This document shows, piece by piece, positions 32,980-41,412 of a DNA stretch of 64,000 nucleotides (positions are counted from its first letter, which is position 1; every line of letters begins with the position of its first letter). Origin of the DNA: Thermoanaerobaculia bacterium (GTDB taxonomy: Bacteria; Acidobacteriota; Thermoanaerobaculia; Multivoradales; UBA5704); assembly GCA_044868005.1 (NCBI GenBank), contig JBIOVX010000013.1, forward strand, positions 2,172 through 66,171. Direction: 5' to 3'. The translations under genes and the position numbers were made by a program. Below the pieces are notes generated by a model. That model saw only the letters and a program-made list of their open reading frames with translations, ran no database searches and had not been told where the DNA came from.

Positions 32980-34925
32980 TCCTTCTTCTCCACGATATCG
33001 ATCTGCGAATTCGCCTTCGGGCGCGCCACCGTCTGCGTCTTGCCCGAGGGCCAGGTCACCTCGACCGAATCAACCTTCTCGGCGTCGCCGAGGCCGAAGT
33101 AGAGCGGCATGACGCTGTGGGAGAGGTAGCCCGAGCTGCCGTCGTTCCACTGCGTCCAGGTCTGGCCGCCGGCCTTGACGCGCACCCGGGCGCCGAGGCC
33201 GTCGCGGTTCGACTGCGTACCCCGCAGCTTCACTTTCAGCCAATGGATCGGCTTCTTCTCCGCGAGGTTGCTGATCAGCACCTGCGCCTCGGAGTTGAAG
33301 TCGCCGGTGACGATATCGAGGTCGCCGTCGTCGTCGAGGTCGAGAAGCGCCGAGGTGCGCGAGCCCAGGGTGCTCATGAGCCGTACCTTGCCGGTCTTCC
33401 CCGCGCAGGGGGTCTTGGCCTTGTCGGCGCCGTCGCAATCCATGTCGGTCAGATAGAAGTGGGTGCGGCCACCGCGGCGCGGCTCGACGCCGAGGATGAA
33501 CTCGCTGTCGCGGAAGACCTTGCCGCGGTCGTTCAACAGCAGCGAGTTGATGCCGTAGCGGAAGGGGAAGTTCATGCTGGCGGTGATGAAGAGGTCCTGG
33601 AAGCCGTCGGCGTTGAGGTCGCCGGCGGAGAGGCCCCAGGGCCAGTAGTCCTCCACCCCCATCGCGTCCGACACCTCGGCGAACTTGCCGCCGCCCAGGT
33701 TGTGGTAGAGCGCGTTGCCGAAGATGTTGTTGGCGCCGCCCTGGAGCATGGCGTCGGTCCACTGCATGTCGGACTTCGCCTTCTCATGGTCCACCCCGAT
33801 CATCTTGCTCATGTCCGAGTGCATGTCGGTGAGCATGAGGTCCGCCCGGCCGTCGTTGTCGTAATCGAAGCCCTTGACGCCCATGGCGCCCCAGGGAGTC
33901 TTGGGGAAGTACTGGGCTCCCTTCTCCTCGAAGCGCTTGCCCTGGACGTTCTCCCAGTAGTGGTTGTCCCCCTGCATGTTGGGAACATAGAGGTCCGGCC
34001 AGCCGTCCTCGTTGAAGTCGACGGCCGCGGCGTCGCCGCTCCAGCTTCCGTCCACGAGCCCCGTCTCCTTCGAGACGTCCTTGAAGCGGTGGTTGCCGAG
34101 GTTCTTGTAGAGGATGCTGGTCTCCGTGCGGTCCGGGTGCAGATGGCCCTGGAAGGCGTCCTCCAGGCCGATGTAATAGCCGCCCGGCCCTACGCGGTCG
34201 GTGGTGTAGCGGCCGACGTTGGCGAGGAAGAGATCGAGGAGCCCGTCGCGGTCGTAATCGAAGAACACCGCGCCGGAGGAGTGGCCGACGTAGTCCAGCC
34301 CCGCTTCCTTGGAGACGTCCTGGAAACGGCCGTGGCCGTCGTTGAGGAACAGGTGGTTGCCCTTGCGCACGGTGGTGACGTAGAGGTCCGCGTCGCCGTC
34401 GTTGTCGACGTCCCCGAAGGAGGCGGCGATGCTGATCTGGTCCTTCATGCCGATGCCGGCCTCGGACGTGAGATTGCGGAACTTGCCGTTCCCCGGGTTC
34501 TTCCAGAGCTGGTTCTCGCCGAGCTGGGTGACGAAGTAGAGGTCGAGCCGGCCGTCGCCGTCCACGTCGGCCACCGCCAGGCCGTTGCCGTGGTCGTAGT
34601 GGACCATCTTGTACTCGCGCCCGCTGTCCTCCGTCCCCTGGTTGCGGAAGGTGATGCCGCTCTCCGGCTGCCGGTCGGTGAATTGGAAGCCGTAAAAGAC
34701 CGTGAACTGGCCGGTGGTGGCGAGCTGGGCCGCCTTCCGCTCCGGCAGTGTGGCGACGCCCTCGTCTTTTTCGGGGTAGTAGAAGTCGGGTCCGCCATGG
34801 GCGTGCTCCATCGGAGGCGGCTGGGCCGGGAGGGCGAGAGCGGAAAGGACGACAAGGACGGCAAGGACAACAGGGACGATAAGGACAGGGTTGCGGGGGA
34901 TATGGGCTGGAAGGCGTGATGGCAT
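32976..34925 (-). CDS. CRTAC1-like secreted protein (FG-GAP/VCBS repeats + ASPIC/UnbV C-terminal domain)
   Basis: Signal/TM at the N-terminus. Repeated DxDGDGxxDLY motifs are present (VDGDGRLDLYFVT, VDNDGDADLYVTT, YDRDGLLDLFLAN, FNEDGWPDLYVPN, YDNDGRADLMLTD). The C-terminus is LGARVRVKAGGQTWTQWNDGSSGYLSHS. Confidence 0.85.
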   Translation of the reverse strand: MPSRLPAHIPRNPVLIVPVVLAVLVVLSALALPAQPPPMEHAHGGPDFYYPEKDEGVATLPERKAAQLATTGQFTVFYGFQFTDRQPESGITFRNQGTEDSGREYKMVHYDHGNGLAVADVDGDGRLDLYFVTQLGENQLWKNPGNGKFRNLTSEAGIGMKDQISIAASFGDVDNDGDADLYVTTVRKGNHLFLNDGHGRFQDVSKEAGLDYVGHSSGAVFFDYDRDGLLDLFLANVGRYTTDRVGPGGYYIGLEDAFQGHLHPDRTETSILYKNLGNHRFKDVSKETGLVDGSWSGDAAAVDFNEDGWPDLYVPNMQGDNHYWENVQGKRFEEKGAQYFPKTPWGAMGVKGFDYDNDGRADLMLTDMHSDMSKMIGVDHEKAKSDMQWTDAMLQGGANNIFGNALYHNLGGGKFAEVSDAMGVEDYWPWGLSAGDLNADGFQDLFITASMNFPFRYGINSLLLNDRGKVFRDSEFILGVEPRRGGRTHFYLTDMDCDGADKAKTPCAGKTGKVRLMSTLGSRTSALLDLDDDGDLDIVTGDFNSEAQVLISNLAEKKPIHWLKVKLRGTQSNRDGLGARVRVKAGGQTWTQWNDGSSGYLSHSVMPLYFGLGDAEKVDSVEVTWPSGKTQTVARPKANSQIDIVEKKD

Positions 34926-35010
34926 GGCGTACCTCTCTGGAAGCGGCGGAATCGTAGCATTCTGTGGAGGCAGGGGTGTCTTGGTGGTTGGTGCGGCCTG
35001 CCCTTCGAGA

Positions 35011-35154
35011 CCTCACCCCCTGGCCCCCTCTCCCTGACGGGCGAGGGGGGACGCCTGCGTAGGGTTTTGCTGAAAAAAGTGGCCTCCTACTACTGGCAAG
35101 ACTGCTGTGAATCGTCCCCCCTCGCCCGTCAGGGAGAGGGGACAGGGGGTGAGG
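35011..35154. repeat. Family-A extragenic palindromic element (MITE-like: ~42-bp inverted arms around a ~61-bp centre)
   Basis: The left arm is cctcaccccctggccccctctccctgacgggcgaggggggac (35011-35052). The right arm is gtcccccctcgcccgtcagggagaggggacagggggtgagg (35114-35154), a near-perfect reverse complement. Confidence 0.85.
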
Positions 35155-35202
35155 CTTCGCAGGGCAGATCGCTTCAACCGGCAAGGCCCTCTTGACCCCG
35201 CC

Positions 35203-35232
35203 TTGCACCCCCTCGCGCCCCTATCGTAGACT
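35203..35232 (+). promoter_or_regulatory. Candidate promoter TTGCAC-N18-TAGACT upstream of ctaD
   Basis: TTGCAC at 35203-35208 and TAGACT at 35227-35232. It is followed by the AGAC-N6-GTCT dyad at 35228-35241. Confidence 0.4.
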
Positions 35233-35356
35233 CGGGCGTCTTCAGAAACGCCGTTCGCATGCAGTACCAGAAGTCGCCAAATGCGGGGCAACCAACACGG
35301 GGCGCGGCAGCGCCGCCGGGCGGGGTCTTGCCATTTCGGTTGAAGGGAGATCGTAG

Positions 35357-37108
35357 ATGGCACTAGTCGACGAACGGGCCCACGGGCACGCCGAGGCCCA
35401 TCACGAGGAATTGGGGTTCTGGCGCAAGTACGTCTTCTCCCAGGACCACAAGGTCATCGGCATCCAGTACGGCTTCACGGCGCTCACCTTCCTCCTCTTC
35501 GGCTTCACGCTGATGATGATGATGCGCTGGTCGATCGCCTATCCGAACCAGCCGATCCCGCTGATCGGCGGGCTCCTCAAGGCGAGCGGGGGCATCATCG
35601 TCCCCGAGTTCTACAACCAGCTCGGCGCCATGCACGGCACCATCATGGTGTTCCTCGGCATCGTGCCGCTGGCGGTGGGCGCCTTCGGCAACTACGTCGT
35701 GCCGCTGCAGATCGGCGCTCCCGACATGGCCTTCCCGAAGCTCAACATGGCGAGCTACTGGGCCTACTTCGTGGGCGGCGTCATCATGCTGGCGAGCTTC
35801 TTCGCCCCCGGCGGCGCCGCGCAGTCCGGCTGGACTTCCTACCCGCCGCTCTCCGACATCGCGCCCACCGGCCAGACGCTGTGGCTCTTCGGCATGCTGG
35901 CGCTGATCATCTCCTCGGTGCTCGGCTCGATGAACTTCATCACCACCATCGTGCAGCTCCGCGCGCCGGGGCTGACCTGGATGCGGCTGCCGTTCTTCGT
36001 CTGGGCGCAGCTCGTCACCGCCTTCCTGCTGCTGCTCGCCTTCCCGGCCCTGCAGGCGGCGGCGGTGCTGCAGATGATGGACCGCCTGGCCCACACGAGC
36101 TTCTTCCTGCCGACCGGCCTGGTGATCTCGGGCCAGCAGCTCCAGGTGGCCGGCGGCGGCAGTCCGCTGCTCTGGCAACACCTGTTCTGGTTCCTCGCCC
36201 ATCCGGAGGTCTACGTCCTCATCCTGCCGGCCTTCGGCATCGTCGCCGAGGTGATCGCCAACAACACGCGCAAGCCGCTGTGGGGCTACCGCTCGCTGGT
36301 CTACGCCGTCACCTTCCTCGGCTTCATGTCGTTCATCGTGTGGGCCCATCACATGTTCATGACCGGCATGGGGACGATCATGAGCACCTTCTTCCAGACG
36401 ACGACGATGATCATCTCGATCCCCTCGGTGGTCGTGCTGACGGCGCTCATCATCTCGCTTTGGGGGGCCTCGATCCGCTTCACCGTGCCGATGCTCTTCG
36501 CCCTCGCCTTCCTGCCGATGTTCGCCATCGGCGGCCTCACCGGCCTGCCGCTCGGCCTCGCGCCCGCGGACATCCATTTGCACGACACCATGTACGTCAT
36601 CGGCCACTTCCACTACGTGGTGGCGCCGGGGACGATCTTCGCCATGTTCGCCGGCCTCTACTACTGGTTCCCCAAGCTCACCGGCCGCAAGATGAGCACC
36701 CTGCTGGGGCACATCCACTTCTGGCCGTCGTTCCTGTTCATCAACGGCATCTTCATGCCGATGCTCATCCAGGGCATGGCGGGCGTACAGCGCCGGCTCT
36801 ACGACGGCGGCGCCTCCTACTCGCACGCCCAGGGCGTGCTGCACTGGAACGTCTTCATGTCGATCTCGGCCTGGCTCCTCGCCCTGGCTCAGATCCCGTT
36901 CATCATCAACCTCTTCTGGAGCATGTGGAAGGGGAAGAAGGTCGACGCCAACCCCTGGGGAGCGACCACGCTCGAGTGGGCCGCCGCGCCGTCGCCGCCG
37001 ATCGCGCACGGCAACTTCGCCGAGATCCCGACCGTCGTCCGCGGACCCTACGACTACAGCCTGCCGGGGGCGGCGCAGGACTTCACCCCGCAGCACCAGG
37101 AGGCCTGA
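35357..37108 (+). CDS. ctaD: Cytochrome c oxidase subunit I (heme-copper oxidase, A-type)
   Basis: 583 aa with 12+ TM segments. Hallmark segments are WFLAHPEVYVLILPAFG, VWAHHMFMTGMG and HDTMYVIGHFHYV. Confidence 0.95.
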   Translation: MALVDERAHGHAEAHHEELGFWRKYVFSQDHKVIGIQYGFTALTFLLFGFTLMMMMRWSIAYPNQPIPLIGGLLKASGGIIVPEFYNQLGAMHGTIMVFLGIVPLAVGAFGNYVVPLQIGAPDMAFPKLNMASYWAYFVGGVIMLASFFAPGGAAQSGWTSYPPLSDIAPTGQTLWLFGMLALIISSVLGSMNFITTIVQLRAPGLTWMRLPFFVWAQLVTAFLLLLAFPALQAAAVLQMMDRLAHTSFFLPTGLVISGQQLQVAGGGSPLLWQHLFWFLAHPEVYVLILPAFGIVAEVIANNTRKPLWGYRSLVYAVTFLGFMSFIVWAHHMFMTGMGTIMSTFFQTTTMIISIPSVVVLTALIISLWGASIRFTVPMLFALAFLPMFAIGGLTGLPLGLAPADIHLHDTMYVIGHFHYVVAPGTIFAMFAGLYYWFPKLTGRKMSTLLGHIHFWPSFLFINGIFMPMLIQGMAGVQRRLYDGGASYSHAQGVLHWNVFMSISAWLLALAQIPFIINLFWSMWKGKKVDANPWGATTLEWAAAPSPPIAHGNFAEIPTVVRGPYDYSLPGAAQDFTPQHQEA

Positions 37109-37111
37109 GCG

Positions 37112-37708
37112 ATGGACATTCCCTACACCGTAGAGGCCCGCCCCGACACCGGGGTCCCCAACGCCAAGCTCGGCATCTGGCTCTTCCTCGCCTCCGAGGT
37201 GATGCTCTTCGGCGCCCTCTTCTCCTCCTACGTGCTGCTGCGCACGGGCGCCGCACCCGGCACCTGGCACCATGGGCGCGAGTTCCTGAGCGTGCCGTGG
37301 GCGACCCTCAACACGATCATCCTCATCGCCTCCTCGGTGACCATGGTGATGTCGTGGGCGTCGCTCAAGCTCAACGACTTCAAGAAGTACCGGCTCTACA
37401 TGGGGCTGACGATCCTCGCCGGCTTCGGTTTCATGATCGTCAAGGCCATCGAGTACTCCACCAAGTTCCATCACGGCTACTTCCCGAAGACCAACACCTT
37501 CCTCGCCATCTACTTCACCCTGACCGGCCTGCACGGCCTGCACGTGCTCGGCGGCATGATCCTCAACGGCTACTTCTGGGGTCCCGGCGCCAAGCTCTGG
37601 AAGACGCAGCCCGAGCGGTTCGCCAACCGCATCGAGGTGGCGGGCCTCTACTGGCATTTCGTGGACCTGGTCTGGATCTTCCTGTTCCCGACCCTGTACC
37701 TGCTCTAG
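37112..37708 (+). CDS. ctaE: Cytochrome c oxidase subunit III
   Basis: 198 aa, 3 nt after ctaD. Motifs are GIWLFLASEVMLFGALF...YFTLTGLHGLHVLGG...YWHFVDLVWIFLF. Confidence 0.9.
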   Translation: MDIPYTVEARPDTGVPNAKLGIWLFLASEVMLFGALFSSYVLLRTGAAPGTWHHGREFLSVPWATLNTIILIASSVTMVMSWASLKLNDFKKYRLYMGLTILAGFGFMIVKAIEYSTKFHHGYFPKTNTFLAIYFTLTGLHGLHVLGGMILNGYFWGPGAKLWKTQPERFANRIEVAGLYWHFVDLVWIFLFPTLYLL

Positions 37709-37727
37709 GCGGAGGAGAGAGACGACG

Positions 37728-38033
37728 ATGAGCGCGAGCGACGCTGAAGCGATCCGCAAGCAGACGAAGGTCTACATCGGGGTGTTCGTCGCCTTGATGA
37801 TCGGCACCATCCTGACCGTCGCGGTCAGCTATTTCCACATGCCGGTCGCCCTGGCCATCGTCGTGGCCCTGGCGATCGCCAGCTTCAAGGGCTCGCTGGT
37901 GGCGGCATTCTTCATGCACCTCGCCCATGAGCGGAAGGTCATCTACTGGATCCTGATCCTGACGGTGGCCTTCTTCATTGCGCTGATGTTCATTCCCAGC
38001 CTCACCGAGTGGAACCAGCGGAACGTCCCATGA
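37728..38033 (+). CDS. Cytochrome c oxidase subunit IV family small membrane protein
   Basis: 101 aa with 3 TM segments. YIGVFVALMIGTILTVAVSY...SFKGSLVAAFFMHL is typical of the prokaryotic subunit IV family. Confidence 0.75.
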   Translation: MSASDAEAIRKQTKVYIGVFVALMIGTILTVAVSYFHMPVALAIVVALAIASFKGSLVAAFFMHLAHERKVIYWILILTVAFFIALMFIPSLTEWNQRNVP

Positions 38034-38242
38034 GCCTGTCGTTGCGGTCGTTTCACCTGTTCTTCATCGCCGTCTCGGTGCTGCTGGCGGTATGGGTCGG
38101 GGTGTGGGGCGTGCAGAGCTACCTGGCGACGAAGAGCGCGGGCGATCTCGCCCTCGGCGTGTTCTTCTTCGTCCTGGGGCTCGTCCTGCTGCTCTACGGC
38201 CGGCGCGTGCGCAAGAAGCTGCCGGTGGAGGACGAGGATTGA
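38030..38242 (+). CDS. Small 2-TM membrane protein, unknown function
   Basis: ATG 38030 overlaps TGA 38031-38033 (ATGA). The 70-aa product is MSLSLRSFHLFFIAVSVLLAVWVGVWG...LGVFFFVLGLVLLLYGRR. Confidence 0.5.
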   Translation: MSLSLRSFHLFFIAVSVLLAVWVGVWGVQSYLATKSAGDLALGVFFFVLGLVLLLYGRRVRKKLPVEDED

Positions 38243-38247
38243 AGAGG

Positions 38248-38517
38248 ATGGGCATGCGGTGGATGCTTCCGCTCGCTTTGGCGGCGTGGCTCGTTCTGCC
38301 TGAAATCGCCGCGGCCTGCGCCACCTGCTACGGCGCCGCCGACTCGCCGATGACCCAGGGGATGAACAATGCCATCCTCTTCCTGATCGGCATCGTCGGC
38401 CTGGTCTACGTCGGCATCGGCAAGGTGATCCTGGACTTCCGGCGGCGCTCCAGGAAGCTTTCTCAGAAGGCAACGGTGCGGCAGCGGCTGCGCCTCATTC
38501 ACGGAGAGAAACACTGA
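38248..38517 (+). CDS. Small signal-peptide / TM protein with CxxC motif, unknown function
   Basis: GAAGAGG precedes ATG 38248. The product begins MGMRWMLPLALAAWLVLPEIAAACATCYGAADSP and then has one TM segment. Its stop shares a base with the ctaC ATG at 38517. Confidence 0.5.
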   Translation: MGMRWMLPLALAAWLVLPEIAAACATCYGAADSPMTQGMNNAILFLIGIVGLVYVGIGKVILDFRRRSRKLSQKATVRQRLRLIHGEKH

Positions 38518-39371
38518 TGGAGAAACTCTACGGCCTGCCCATGGGATTTCCTCCGGACGCCTCGCAGCACGGCTTGGAGCTCGACAAGCTGACGGCGCTC
38601 GTCCATTGGTTCATGCTGGTGCTGTTCGTGGGTTGGGGCCTCTTCTTCCTCTATTGCCTCATCCGCTTCCGCCGCAAGGCCCACCCGGTGGCGAGCTATG
38701 GCGGCGCCAAGGGGCATTTCTCCACCTACGGCGAGGCGGGCGTGGTGCTGGTCGAGGTGATCCTGCTGATCGCCTTCGCGGTGCCGATCTGGGCCCGGCG
38801 GGTCAACGTCCTGCCGGACAAGTCGCAGGCCGTCCAGGTGCGGGTGGTGGCGGAGCAGTTCGCGTGGAACGTCCACTATCCCGGCGCCGACGGCCTCTTC
38901 GGCCGCACGGATCCGAAGCTGATCACCGCCGGCACCAATCCGCTGGGACTCGACCGCAACGATCCGGCGGCCAAGGACGACGTCACGACGATCAACCAGC
39001 TCCACCTGCCCGTCGGCCGGCCGGCGCTCATCTACCTCTCCAGCAAGGACGTGATCCACAGCTTCTTCCTGCCGGTGATGCGCGTCAAGCAGGACGCCAT
39101 CCCCGGCCAGGTGATCCCGGTCTACTTCACGCCCACGCAGGTCAATCCGCCGGAGGCGGCGCTGCCGGCGTGCGCGGTGAAGAAGACCTGTTGGGAGATC
39201 GCCTGCGCCCAGCTCTGCGGCCTCACGCACTACCGCATGCAGGGCTACCTGACCATCCACACCCAGGCCGAGTTCGACCAGTGGCTGGCCGGCATGGCGC
39301 CGAAGCCGCCGGCGGTTCCGGCCCCGGCTGCAACGCCTGCGGCGGCTCCGGCCGCGGCTCCGGCGGGGTAG
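38517..39371 (+). CDS. ctaC: Cytochrome c oxidase subunit II (CuA subunit, no cytochrome c domain)
   Basis: Two N-terminal TM segments. CuA ligands are DVIHSFFLP and ACAQLCGLTHYRM, with Gln at the usual Glu position of CxExC. The tail is Ala/Pro-rich. Confidence 0.9.
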   Translation: MEKLYGLPMGFPPDASQHGLELDKLTALVHWFMLVLFVGWGLFFLYCLIRFRRKAHPVASYGGAKGHFSTYGEAGVVLVEVILLIAFAVPIWARRVNVLPDKSQAVQVRVVAEQFAWNVHYPGADGLFGRTDPKLITAGTNPLGLDRNDPAAKDDVTTINQLHLPVGRPALIYLSSKDVIHSFFLPVMRVKQDAIPGQVIPVYFTPTQVNPPEAALPACAVKKTCWEIACAQLCGLTHYRMQGYLTIHTQAEFDQWLAGMAPKPPAVPAPAATPAAAPAAAPAG

Positions 39372-39383
39372 TGCCCTCCGAAG

Positions 39384-39425
39384 CCCTCACTCCCCTAACC
39401 CCTCTCTCCCAAAGGGAGAGAGGGG
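39384..39425. repeat. Family-A palindromic element, single-arm copy (12-bp stem hairpin)
   Basis: ccctcactcccc is followed by cccctctctccc-aaa-gggagagagggg (39399-39425). The element begins 13 nt after the ctaC stop. There is no U-tract. Confidence 0.8.
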
Positions 39426-39442
39426 AACAAAGCTGAGAAAAG

Positions 39443-39865
39443 ATGCTGCAGGTCCAGGACCTCCCCGCCCTCAACGCCACGCTCAACGCCATCGCCGCCG
39501 TTCTGCTGGTGATCGCCTACGTGCTGATCCGGCGGCGGCGCTTCGTGGCGCATCGCAATGTGATGATCGCCGCCCTGGTCTGCTCGGCGCTGTTCCTGAC
39601 GTCGTATCTCATCTATCACGCGCAGATCGGCTCGAAGCATTTCCCAGGCACCGGCACGGTGCGCACGGTGTACTTCGCCATCCTGATCACCCACACGCTC
39701 CTCGCGGCGACGGTCCCCTTTCTCGCCAGCATCACCGTCTGGCGCGCCGGGCGGAAACGCTACTCCCACCATCGGAAGATCGCCCGCTGGACGCTGCCGA
39801 TCTGGCTGTACGTCTCGGTGACGGGGGTGGTGGTGTACTGGATGCTGTACCGGATGAGCTGGTGA
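39443..39865 (+). CDS. DUF420 family membrane protein (oxidase-associated)
   Basis: 140 aa with 4 TM segments. The N-terminus LPALNATLNAIAAVLLVIAYVLIRRRRFVAHRNVMIAAL matches the DUF420 pattern. Confidence 0.85.
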   Translation: MLQVQDLPALNATLNAIAAVLLVIAYVLIRRRRFVAHRNVMIAALVCSALFLTSYLIYHAQIGSKHFPGTGTVRTVYFAILITHTLLAATVPFLASITVWRAGRKRYSHHRKIARWTLPIWLYVSVTGVVVYWMLYRMSW

Positions 39866-39900
39866 CCCATCCCCTCTTCGCCTCGCTGCGTATTTAGGAG

Positions 39901-39915
39901 TAGACTCAGGCGTCT
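39901..39915 (+). promoter_or_regulatory. TAGACT -10-like hexamer plus AGAC-N6-GTCT dyad upstream of the Cys-rich peptide gene
   Basis: tagactcaggcgtct here compares with tagactcgggcgtct at 35227-35241, giving 14/15 identical positions. It lies 89 nt upstream of ATG 40004. Confidence 0.35.
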
Positions 39916-40003
39916 TTCCGAGCCACGAGTGGCGTGCCGGGGCTGGCGCTCGCGCCGAGATCCCCGGAGAAGCTTTGGACCCATTTCGAGAGGAGGCCGA
40001 GAG

Positions 40004-40417
40004 ATGAAGAAGGACGACGTCAGCAGAAGGGATTTCGGCAAGCTGACCCTGGCCGCGTTCGGCGGCGTGCTCGCCGGCTCGATGCTTGGCGGCAAACGGC
40101 TGTTCGCCGACGAGAAGGCGGCGGCGAAGGAGGCCCACGGCTGCTGCGGCCTGAACTCCTGCAAGGGCAACGGCGCCGGCGGCGACAACGAGTGCGCCGG
40201 CATGGGCAAGTGCTCCACCACCGAAGCTCACGGCTGCGCCGGCTCGAACGCCTGCAAGAACCAGGGCGGCGAAGGAGTCAACGACTGCAAGGGCAAGGGG
40301 ACCTGTGCGGTGCCCATCAAGGGCGACGCCTGGACGAAGGCGCGGTCCAACTTCGAGGCCGCCATGACCAAAGCCGGCAAGAAGTTCGGCCCGGCGCCGG
40401 ATTCGTGCGGGAAGTAG
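40004..40417 (+). CDS. Cys-rich secreted peptide, bufferin-type (BufA-like) RiPP precursor candidate with a Tat-type signal
   Basis: AGGAGG lies 8 nt before ATG 40004. The Tat-like signal is MKKDDVSRRDFGKLTLAAFGGVLAGS. There are 10 Cys in two ~28-aa repeats (EAHGCCGLNSCKGNGAGGDNECAGMGKC and EAHGCAGSNACKNQGGEGVNDCKGKGTC). DUF692 and DUF2063 genes follow immediately. Confidence 0.65.
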   Translation: MKKDDVSRRDFGKLTLAAFGGVLAGSMLGGKRLFADEKAAAKEAHGCCGLNSCKGNGAGGDNECAGMGKCSTTEAHGCAGSNACKNQGGEGVNDCKGKGTCAVPIKGDAWTKARSNFEAAMTKAGKKFGPAPDSCGK

Positions 40418-40441
40418 GTTGACGTTACGATAAGACCTGTA

Positions 40442-40465
40442 GGGGCGGCCCTATGTGGCCGCCCT
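40442..40465 (+). repeat. Family-B hairpin element between the precursor and the DUF692 gene
   Basis: ggggcggcc-ctatgt-ggccgccct, preceded by cctgta. It is nearly identical to the element at 53603-53626. There is no U-tract, so it is a possible intercistronic attenuator or RNA-stability hairpin. Confidence 0.75.
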
Positions 40466-40476
40466 GCTTCGCTTCG

Positions 40477-41412
40477 ATGATGCCCGCCCCCCGCCTCGGA
40501 CACGCCAACCTCGGTCTCGGAGTGGGCCTGCGGTCCGTCCACTTCGACCACATCCTGCAACACCAGCCGGCGGTGGACTGGTTCGAGATCATCAGCGAGA
40601 ACTACGTCGACTCGCAGGGGCGACCGCGCTACGTACTGCAACAGATCGCCGAGCGCTATCCCGTCGTCATGCACGGCGTATCGCTCTCCATCGGCTCCAC
40701 CGATGCGCTGGACCTCGAGTACCTGAAGAAGCTCAAGCGGCTGGCCGCGGAGGTCGGCGCGCGCTGGATCTCCGACCACCTCTGCTGGACCGGCGTCCTC
40801 GGCCGCAACACGCACGACCTGCTGCCGGTGCCGTTCACCGAGGAGACGCTGCGCCACGTCATCGCGCGGGTGCGCACCGTGCAGGACGTGCTCGAGCGGC
40901 CGTTCGTGCTGGAGAACCCCAGCTCCTACGTCACCTTCCAGGACTCGACGATGGACGAGTGGGAGTTCATCACCCGCCTCGCCGAGGAGGCCGACTGCGG
41001 CCTGCTGCTCGACGTCAACAACGTCTACGTGTCGAGCTTCAACCACGACATGGACCCGGACGCGTTCATCCGCTCGCTGCCGCACGAGCGCATCGTCCAG
41101 TTCCATCTCGCGGGCCACACGGACTACACCACGCACCTGATCGACACCCACGACAACCACGTCATCGATCCGGTCTGGGAGCTCTACCGTACGGCCCATC
41201 AGCTCACCGGCGGCGTCTCCACCCTGCTCGAGTGGGACGCCAGCATCCCGCCCTTTCCCGTGGTGCACGCCGAGGTGCTGAAGGCCAAGCAGTTCATGGG
41301 CGAGCACCTGCCGGAGCCCGCGCCCGCCGCGGACGAGGAGATGCTGGAGCCCACGGCCGCCGGCGCGAACGTCTTCCATCCGCTCCATCACATCCGCCCG
41401 GAGGTGGAGTGA
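40477..41412 (+). CDS. DUF692 family multinuclear non-heme iron oxidase (MNIO; MbnB/BufB-like)
   Basis: Start moved to ATG 40477 ([23 protein letters not shown]) because the listed ATG 40453 lies in the loop of the family-B hairpin. [10 protein letters not shown]...[12 protein letters not shown]...ISDHLCW...VLENPSSY is the DUF692 TIM-barrel pattern. Confidence 0.85.
   Translation: MMPAPRLGHANLGLGVGLRSVHFDHILQHQPAVDWFEIISENYVDSQGRPRYVLQQIAERYPVVMHGVSLSIGSTDALDLEYLKKLKRLAAEVGARWISDHLCWTGVLGRNTHDLLPVPFTEETLRHVIARVRTVQDVLERPFVLENPSSYVTFQDSTMDEWEFITRLAEEADCGLLLDVNNVYVSSFNHDMDPDAFIRSLPHERIVQFHLAGHTDYTTHLIDTHDNHVIDPVWELYRTAHQLTGGVSTLLEWDASIPPFPVVHAEVLKAKQFMGEHLPEPAPAADEEMLEPTAAGANVFHPLHHIRPEVE

Noticed and set aside
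35363-37759. 798-aa minus-strand ORF antisense to ctaD/ctaE
   Set aside because: It is antisense to unmistakable oxidase subunits and has a charged low-complexity translation.
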